A stretch of DNA of 64,000 bases from a virus (Duplodnaviria; Caudoviricetes), in the IMG/VR virus record IMGVR_UViG_3300021256_000002, positions 128,001 through 192,000 of that record, one strand, 5' to 3'. The notes beneath the pieces were generated by a model. It did no database searches and had not been told where the DNA came from. It was given only the letters and a program-made list of their open reading frames with translations. Below, piece after piece: positions 57,428 through 64,000 of the stretch; the stretch's first letter is position 1; each line of letters starts with the position of its first letter. A program made the position numbers and the translations under genes.

Positions 57428-58338
57428 CTACCAAGCAAGTTCTTTACCTCTTCTTGAACAAAGGATTCCAAAGAAACAACGAAAGTTCTATTTCCACCAT
57501 GCTCATCAGGTTTCTCACCAAGAATAATATTCTTACGAGAAGAATCAAGATATGCAGATTCATACCCAACTTCGAAATGGTCGATAATCTCCTTCACATT
57601 ATGAGATTCTTCCATCAAGTAATTTACCAACTCGGCTTCGGAAGATTCCATATTGATAGCCCAGCTGAGGTTTACATCTTCCTCAGAGGTATTACCGAAA
57701 GATTCAAGTGTCGGCATCGCACATTCATACGTACCAGTACCCTGAATCAGAGTCGGAGTTTCTCCAGTTGCGTATGCAGCTTTATGAGAAGGAAGAATTA
57801 CACGGTCTTCAGTTACGATATGACACTTAGAACGAATCTCAACTCGTTTAGCATCAATCTTCGTAAGAGGTGCAAGTGCTCTCAAAGAGAATGCTGCAGT
57901 ACAACCCTGAAGAATATGTTTCGTGAACTGCTTACCATACAAATCATCATTGAGTGTTTCGATAGTACCATAGAGAGAATTCCCTTTGAACCAACGGTCA
58001 ACGATACGATGGCAGCAAACCTTCGGGTCAATCGATACAACACGAACAGGATCTTTGGTAACTGGATGTCCAGCTTCACCAAACAAATCCCCTCGCTTAA
58101 TCAATTCTGTAATATGAGGAGCATTCCAGCTTTCCATCATCGGAGCAAGAAGGTACTTACGATTGTTACGATTGAACACATTGAAGTCCTGTAAACAAGC
58201 TTCGAATCGTACGTAGAATAAATCAGGTGACTTCTCTACGTGAATGATTTTAGGCTTAACAGGTTCCATCGTTTGTTCTATAATAACCGAAGCTACAACT
58301 TCTTTTGCATCCGTAAACGGTTTTACAATTGGAGTCAT
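57421..58338 (-). CDS. Prohead core protease (T4 gp21-like)
   Basis: NRNNRKY, GEAGHP (His), AFSLRA (Ser), EDRVILPS (Asp); late motif gaca-ctaccc-ta at 58368-58379 (minus). Confidence 0.88.
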   Translation of the reverse strand: MTPIVKPFTDAKEVVASVIIEQTMEPVKPKIIHVEKSPDLFYVRFEACLQDFNVFNRNNRKYLLAPMMESWNAPHITELIKRGDLFGEAGHPVTKDPVRVVSIDPKVCCHRIVDRWFKGNSLYGTIETLNDDLYGKQFTKHILQGCTAAFSLRALAPLTKIDAKRVEIRSKCHIVTEDRVILPSHKAAYATGETPTLIQGTGTYECAMPTLESFGNTSEEDVNLSWAINMESSEAELVNYLMEESHNVKEIIDHFEVGYESAYLDSSRKNIILGEKPDEHGGNRTFVVSLESFVQEEVKNLLGRW

Positions 58339-58411
58339 ATTATTTCACCTACTTCTTTACATATTATTAGGGTAGTGTCCCGATGAATCAAATTCAAGGA
58401 GGTATAAAGAG

Positions 58412-58735
58412 ATGGAGCTTGATAAGTTATTTGAAGAGCAATTGATTGATGACTACAATCACTTTTTGAATATCAAAAAGTACGTGGAAACAGTTAAAAC
58501 TTTAAAAAATCCACGTCAACGAGGTGATTGTAAAGTACTTATTACCCTTACATTTAAAGCGATACGAGCTAGGGCTATTCAATATGGTTATATAAAAACT
58601 GGCATGGGGATTAAATTAACGGATGAAGAATACAAAAAGATTGAAGAAATCGTTAATTATGAAATTCCTCATAAAGGGGTCACTATTGCTATGTATGATG
58701 ATGACGATAAGTTTCATTCTTTTTCAATTTCATAA
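58412..58735 (+). CDS. Hypothetical protein
   Basis: 107 aa, AAGGAGG SD. Confidence 0.6.
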   Translation: MELDKLFEEQLIDDYNHFLNIKKYVETVKTLKNPRQRGDCKVLITLTFKAIRARAIQYGYIKTGMGIKLTDEEYKKIEEIVNYEIPHKGVTIAMYDDDDKFHSFSIS

Positions 58736-58753
58736 TTAGGAGGGTTTATACTT

Positions 58754-59449
58754 ATGAAGGTTAAACTGATTGATTACACGCAAAATGCTGAAGCTCTGGT
58801 AGCAACTGGAGCTAGAGTATGTTATTCTGCAACAGAGGTCGATAAGTTATTCGACGATATAAAGGATAACAAAGAAACTCAGCAGAAAATGATAAAGAAA
58901 GTGATTGAATCTAATCACATGAGTTGTTTAGAGCATATCTATTTCACTTTCGTAATTGGTGACGTATCTCGAATCATGTCCCATCAGTTTGTGCGCCATC
59001 GGTTGATGAGTCCTCATGAAAGAAGCCAAAGATATGTTAACCTTAACAAAATCAATGATGGCGAAAATTACTGCGTTATTCCAGATACAATCCTTGTAAA
59101 TTCAGATGCTTTATGCACATTTCTCGATGCAGTTGAAGAAGCAAAGTTTGCTTATGATAAAATGATAGAAGCTGGTATTCCTGAAGAAGACGCTCGATAT
59201 GTTCTTCCTGGTGCTACAAAAACAGCACTGATTGCTTCCTTCAATGGCCGTAGTCTTATTCATTTCCTGAGACTCAGATGTTGCAATCGCGCGATGACAG
59301 AAACACGCAAAGTTGCAATCGAAATGCTCAAGCAAGTTCGTGAAGTTTGCCCTACTATTTTCAACCAAGTCGGTCCTGGGTGTTATATGGACGGTAAATG
59401 CCCTGAAGGTAAAATGAGCTGCGGTAAGCCCGTTCTTGAAATATGGTAA
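58754..59449 (+). CDS. thyX: Flavin-dependent thymidylate synthase
   Basis: HMSCLEH, SHQFVRHR-x7-SQRY, EDARYVLP, FLRLR. Confidence 0.96.
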   Translation: MKVKLIDYTQNAEALVATGARVCYSATEVDKLFDDIKDNKETQQKMIKKVIESNHMSCLEHIYFTFVIGDVSRIMSHQFVRHRLMSPHERSQRYVNLNKINDGENYCVIPDTILVNSDALCTFLDAVEEAKFAYDKMIEAGIPEEDARYVLPGATKTALIASFNGRSLIHFLRLRCCNRAMTETRKVAIEMLKQVREVCPTIFNQVGPGCYMDGKCPEGKMSCGKPVLEIW

Positions 59450-59499
59450 TCGGATTAAATTAATAGGATAGGTAGTTGATTCTACCTATCCTATTTTAG

Positions 59500-60147
59500 T
59501 TAGTATCTCGGATGATACGGTACGATATTCTTCCATTCAACGTAATTATCATTACGAAGATGGAGATATGTCTGACCGTTCTTCAATGCGATATACAAAT
59601 TCTCATCGTATGGTATTCCCATAGGTTCTTTCAATTCAGGAGCCATTACGTATATCATATGTTGAGTAACCGAAGCTTTCTCCTTATCTGCTTTAGATAA
59701 GAAATTGTATGTGTTAGATACAAACTTGCGATTAATTTGTTCCTGATACTTCACATCAGATAAGAAGATTATCTGACGGCTATCATCGGGTAAATTTGTA
59801 ATCAACCCTCCATATGGGCTGTAGTGCTTGAAATACCTCAAGAATACATTCCTGAATACAATTGGTTCATCTCGTTCAGAATGAACCACTTCTTCTGTCA
59901 AAATACTATGACGGCTGATAACAAACATCTGATACTTGGAGTTATCATGCTGCTTTGGGAAAGATTTCAGTACATACATCAAATCTATCTTTCCTTTCAA
60001 CGTACCAGGTATATTCGTATCACCATACTCATATTTAGCGATTGGTTTATTGACAGGAGTATCTCTAATATTAAACATAGTCGTAGGAGTTAAACTTGAA
60101 AACTTCCTACAATACTCGATATAACTTGGAGGCATTTGTATTGGCAT
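59500..60147 (-). CDS. Hypothetical late protein
   Basis: Late motif gaca-gcattt-ta at 60163-60174 (minus); AAGGTG SD. Confidence 0.55.
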   Translation of the reverse strand: MPIQMPPSYIEYCRKFSSLTPTTMFNIRDTPVNKPIAKYEYGDTNIPGTLKGKIDLMYVLKSFPKQHDNSKYQMFVISRHSILTEEVVHSERDEPIVFRNVFLRYFKHYSPYGGLITNLPDDSRQIIFLSDVKYQEQINRKFVSNTYNFLSKADKEKASVTQHMIYVMAPELKEPMGIPYDENLYIALKNGQTYLHLRNDNYVEWKNIVPYHPRY

Positions 60148-60216
60148 AATATCACCTTCTTTTAAAATGCTGTCAAAATTCCATATACCCTACATATCAG
60201 GGTATATGGAATCAAT

Positions 60217-60390
60217 TTACATAATACTGTACATTATACAGATCGTATCGACTATCACTAAAAAAGTAAACACTGCAAAGAAGATTAACATAACTACCAT
60301 TAGAGCTGAAAGCATAAATTTATCTACGTTATCTTGATTTGCTATGTACCATCTTTTAAATTTAGTAAAGTTACGATTTAGAAAGTCCAT
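60217..60390 (-). CDS. 57-aa membrane peptide (absent from ORF track)
   Basis: AAGGAG SD; MDFLNRNFTKFKRWYIANQDNVDKFMLSALMVVMLIFFAVFTFLVIVDTICIMYSIM. Confidence 0.5.
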   Translation of the reverse strand: MDFLNRNFTKFKRWYIANQDNVDKFMLSALMVVMLIFFAVFTFLVIVDTICIMYSIM

Positions 60391-60498
60391 TACGTGCTCC
60401 TTCTTTCTTATACTAACATTATTACATTCACAACAATGTTGCTTTCAATATACCAAAATACATTATAGATATATATTATATACACGTATAGAAAGGAG

Positions 60499-60951
60499 AT
60501 GGTTCATGTGACCAAAAAACAGAAACTGCCGATTGCAGTGAAATTCGAATTAGAGAATGGTGAAGATATCAATTTTCAATTCGAAGCCTTTGAAGAATTT
60601 AGGATTTGCGAAAATTCTAGCGTTCATTGGTATTCTAAATATGAAAATGATATCAAATTAGCTTTCGGAGGTGCTTATTTTAGAATAAAGAATAAATATA
60701 ACTATACGTTAGAAAATATGTATCATACTCCAGATGATACTACGACAGCATTTGATAGATTAATACAACACAAGGATATCATACAAATAGTGTTGTACTA
60801 TCCAGATAAAAAAATCAACTTTTCTCCTTGGATAGATGACGACGAAAGATGTTCATCGAATCAAGATCAAAGTAGTATGATTGATAAAGAATCTGGAGAT
60901 TTACTGATACTAATCAAAAGTTCAGTAATACCTAGTTCATTGGAGGGATAA
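60499..60951 (+). CDS. Early hypothetical protein
   Basis: Early motif 60466-60480; AAGGAG SD. Confidence 0.6.
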   Translation: MVHVTKKQKLPIAVKFELENGEDINFQFEAFEEFRICENSSVHWYSKYENDIKLAFGGAYFRIKNKYNYTLENMYHTPDDTTTAFDRLIQHKDIIQIVLYYPDKKINFSPWIDDDERCSSNQDQSSMIDKESGDLLILIKSSVIPSSLEG

Positions 60952-60954
60952 TCA

Positions 60955-62544
60955 ATGTTTTACATTTTCGGAGATAACTACATTAACGCATATGAAGATG
61001 AAAATTACATTATACCTGAAATGCAAGAAGTGCTATTCGAGGCAATCAGTGTATCTCAAGTTAAAGAAGGGGAGATATACTTAGCTAATAGCTTCCCATT
61101 TTACGAAAAAGACAGAAATGGGTTAACTCTAGCTAAACAACGCCCAATACTAATCTTACGCGATGCTAAAGGTAAGCTTCGTGCATTCTATATCGGTACT
61201 GTTCATGACGGTATGACTAAGCATAAGTCCCCATTCAATTATGAACTAACTGAATGGAAAGCCTGTGGACTGCATAGATTATCATATTTTTCTGGACTTA
61301 AACGTCGGGATATTGATGAAGTTGGATTAGTACATTTTATCGGTAACGTACCGTCAAGTACTTTAACGAATATTAGGCGAGTTGTTGAGTATGCTGACCG
61401 TCATTGGGACGAAGATCCGTTCGCCATCATGGAATGGATGAAATCAAACAAGATCCAAGATACTGAACATTCTAGTGGAAATAACAACCTGAACAAGTTG
61501 CAATCAGTAAATGACGTTAAGCGTAGTTTGCGTGCTAATTGCGTTGATATAGCAACAATCGTGCACCAAGCGGCTAAGATTCAAGGTTATGAGCATATAA
61601 TAGCACATACTCAATATATCAAATCATCTGATTGGTTTGGACCAGGACATTTCTATTGTTGCTTTTCATCCAAGCAAGGTAAATGGCATATATTCCATTT
61701 TATCCCAGAAGATAAAAATGGTATTACAATCAATTACGATGAAAAGCATACCACCAAGCCTCATGATATGCAATACACAATCAATAGATATATTAAGGAA
61801 TGGTTAGACCCTCATTTTCATAGCATATATAGTGATAGAAAATCATCAACCGAAATAATTGATGATAATAAATTATTGTATTGGGATATGCTAGTAAATA
61901 AGAAAGAACCTCAACTTGTGCTTGTACGCTCATTTCAATTTATTTCAGCAGTTGTTAAACTAAATGAAGTCTTGTCTAAATATGACTGGGCTCAAGTTGT
62001 CAATGGTAAAAAATTACCAGACGGTAAATGGGACGAGAAGAATTATCGTACTCTAAACCCAAGGACATTCGAATTACTTCGTGCAGGGTGTTGCTGGGAT
62101 TATGTCCTTTATGAGCAAGAATGGTTCAAAAAGTATTTCCCATTCATAAAAACCCATTTGTATTATGCAGAGGGTGGTATTAATGGGCACGCCTATCAAA
62201 CTCATACATGGATAAGTTTTGAAATTCCATACGATCCTTGCGTATATGTGTTCGAAGCATCCTTTAAAAAGCATACTGGAATACATAAGTTTACCAAGAA
62301 TTCTGAATCTGGTTTTAGTGCTGTGAAAGACTCCGTCGTACATTGGTTTATGAACATATTCCCGAATCCCAATTATACTGGAGTTGTATATGAAGTAACT
62401 AAACCAGTTCGTAAAGACATGAATACTGAAGAGTTTATGGCTCATTGTATTCGGAATGGTAAGATTGTGTATAAGAAAGGTGATTACCTTGAAAAGTTTA
62501 TTCAACCTTTCATAGATAACAATTATAAGTTTACAGAGTCTTGA
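60955..62544 (+). CDS. PemK/MazF-like domain fused to two papain/transglutaminase-like Cys-His domains
   Basis: GEIYLANSFPF...KQRPILIL; ANCVD...GHFYC; GCCWDYV...THTW...YVFE; acidic leader ending LFEA. Confidence 0.55.
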   Translation: MFYIFGDNYINAYEDENYIIPEMQEVLFEAISVSQVKEGEIYLANSFPFYEKDRNGLTLAKQRPILILRDAKGKLRAFYIGTVHDGMTKHKSPFNYELTEWKACGLHRLSYFSGLKRRDIDEVGLVHFIGNVPSSTLTNIRRVVEYADRHWDEDPFAIMEWMKSNKIQDTEHSSGNNNLNKLQSVNDVKRSLRANCVDIATIVHQAAKIQGYEHIIAHTQYIKSSDWFGPGHFYCCFSSKQGKWHIFHFIPEDKNGITINYDEKHTTKPHDMQYTINRYIKEWLDPHFHSIYSDRKSSTEIIDDNKLLYWDMLVNKKEPQLVLVRSFQFISAVVKLNEVLSKYDWAQVVNGKKLPDGKWDEKNYRTLNPRTFELLRAGCCWDYVLYEQEWFKKYFPFIKTHLYYAEGGINGHAYQTHTWISFEIPYDPCVYVFEASFKKHTGIHKFTKNSESGFSAVKDSVVHWFMNIFPNPNYTGVVYEVTKPVRKDMNTEEFMAHCIRNGKIVYKKGDYLEKFIQPFIDNNYKFTES

Positions 62545-62632
62545 TATTCTAAACTTCATTTCGAATATATATTATAAGAAAGTGAATAACAAATGGTTAT
62601 TCGTAATTTAATTCATTTAAGGAGGTATAAGC

Positions 62633-63850
62633 ATGGAATTGTTTGAAAAAGGAATTCCTAACAACCTCAGTCGCCAGTCACTGAAAAAGGCTGGTAAATC
62701 GAAAAAGAAAATCGAAAAGGTACTTGCTGCAAATTTGCCGATGCTGGTAGATTTCTACTTTGGCAAGTATCAGAAAGGAGATGTTCGTGCTAAGTATGAA
62801 GGTACGATTCTCCAGTTGCTTGGTTCACACGATTACTTCGTTGAACCGTTAGCAAGGCTGGTTAAGAAACTGGCTAAGCATAAGGAACTCGATGAGCTCC
62901 CGGCTGGTTTGTCTACGGTTCTGATGGATAACTTGGATGCTGTGCGTTCAATGTATCAGAAACAGAAGGCTAAGCTTTGCAGTAACGATAAGGTGAAGAT
63001 TGATGATGTTACGGCAGCACGTCTTGACACGATGACTCGCTTGAGCGAACGTCTGATTCAGGAAACGACTGAAATCTGTAAGGTTATCAATACCAAAATC
63101 GTGAAGAAACTTGTGAAGGAACTTGGTATCGAACGCAAATATGCTGAGGAATTGGCATGCTGCTATGTGCCGAGTGAATATCTCAATACCAAAAACATTC
63201 GTCGGTATGTATATCGGCTGAATCTTACTCTGTATTCCGTACAGGGCGTTGGTGTTGTGAATTCCGCATCGGATGATGCTGATAGCAAGTGGACTAACAC
63301 GATTGGGGCAAACCTGAGCGATCCTGAAACCATCAAGAAGATTTATGAAATCTTCTTCAAGGGGATTAACCGTAAGACGTTTATCTCTTTGCTGATTGGT
63401 ATCATGCTCGAACGCCGTGGCGGCAAGCTTGAACATTTCAAGGATCCGCAGCGTTGGCTTTACAATGACATCAGCACTCTTGTGTTGAATGTTCTTGAGG
63501 GCACTGACTTCATCAATATCGAAAAAGAGAAGTTGTCTAAGAAGAAGGCCAAGAAAGTTCTGCCTATTAACAAGAAGGAACTCAAAGCGTTCATGAAGAT
63601 TTATTCCGATGAAAAGGCACGTGATGCTATGCGGAATAATGATTCTCCGCGTCGTGTATCCTTCACTTCGTTGAGTGAAGAAGACTATCCGAAGATTCGG
63701 AAAGCATTCCGTTCATCCACGAAGGATTACTTCAACGACTTGTTTGATGATGCACCGCAGCAGAATCAGAACCACAACAGACCCAACAATCAGAAGGGTC
63801 AGAACAACAATAACCGACAGAACCAGAATAACAATCGTCGGGATAAGTAA
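62633..63850 (+). CDS. Abundant early basic protein with N/Q/R low-complexity tail
   Basis: Early motif 62560-62576, AAGGAGG SD, strong codon bias, tail QQNQNHNRPNNQKGQNNNNRQNQNNNRRDK; terminator ~63871-63905. Confidence 0.7.
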   Translation: MELFEKGIPNNLSRQSLKKAGKSKKKIEKVLAANLPMLVDFYFGKYQKGDVRAKYEGTILQLLGSHDYFVEPLARLVKKLAKHKELDELPAGLSTVLMDNLDAVRSMYQKQKAKLCSNDKVKIDDVTAARLDTMTRLSERLIQETTEICKVINTKIVKKLVKELGIERKYAEELACCYVPSEYLNTKNIRRYVYRLNLTLYSVQGVGVVNSASDDADSKWTNTIGANLSDPETIKKIYEIFFKGINRKTFISLLIGIMLERRGGKLEHFKDPQRWLYNDISTLVLNVLEGTDFINIEKEKLSKKKAKKVLPINKKELKAFMKIYSDEKARDAMRNNDSPRRVSFTSLSEEDYPKIRKAFRSSTKDYFNDLFDDAPQQNQNHNRPNNQKGQNNNNRQNQNNNRRDK

Positions 63851-64000
63851 GTCATAAGAGTTGATATTGTGGGCCCAGTTGGAATTGATACTGGGTCCTT
63901 TTTTTATTCAAAAGGAGTATCTAGTTATGATTACAATATACAATGAAATACCAGGTCGTAAAAGTTGGTCTGTAGTTGAAACGTACAAGAATAAGTACGT

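Noticed and set aside
1-64000. Stop-codon reassignment (TAG to Gln)
   Set aside because: TAG is rare as a stop, but core and late genes are uninterrupted under code 11 and contain no in-frame TAG
1-64000. tRNA, rRNA, introns or inteins in terminase and RNAP genes
   Set aside because: No cloverleaf or rRNA-like sequence seen; core genes have expected lengths with no evident insertion

Overview
64 kb segment of a phiKZ/AR9-like jumbo myophage, probably infecting a Firmicute (strong AAGGAGG Shine-Dalgarno sites, AT-rich DNA, standard genetic code). Core genes recognisable from motifs: major capsid, T4 gp21-type prohead protease, large terminase, tail sheath and tube, split multisubunit RNA polymerase beta' pieces, a probable gp68/gp226-like sigma-type subunit, primase, GroEL-like chaperonin, PhuZ/TubZ-like tubulin, ThyX and three paralogous fibre-like proteins. 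Two promoter classes can be read from the DNA: an early-type motif TTYAARTATATAWTATA (about 17 copies) and a late-type motif NACA-N6-TA (about 22 copies). The most striking observation is a thrice-repeated cassette (6449-6739, 54895-55188, 55208-55494). In each copy an early promoter sits inside a Shine-Dalgarno/anti-Shine-Dalgarno hairpin and drives a related 56-57 aa peptide. A conserved 3' element carries a late promoter on the opposite strand that would fire a UUCG-capped antisense RNA back across the gene, which looks like a temporally wired, type-I-TA-like sense/antisense switch. A second candidate system is a self-contained J-domain pseudokinase + vWA + divergent PurA-fold ligase operon (1945-5075). 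Other accessory candidates are an Apyc1-like metallo-beta-lactamase and a PemK-like/tandem papain-fold protein. All assignments come from motif reading by eye; no searches were run.
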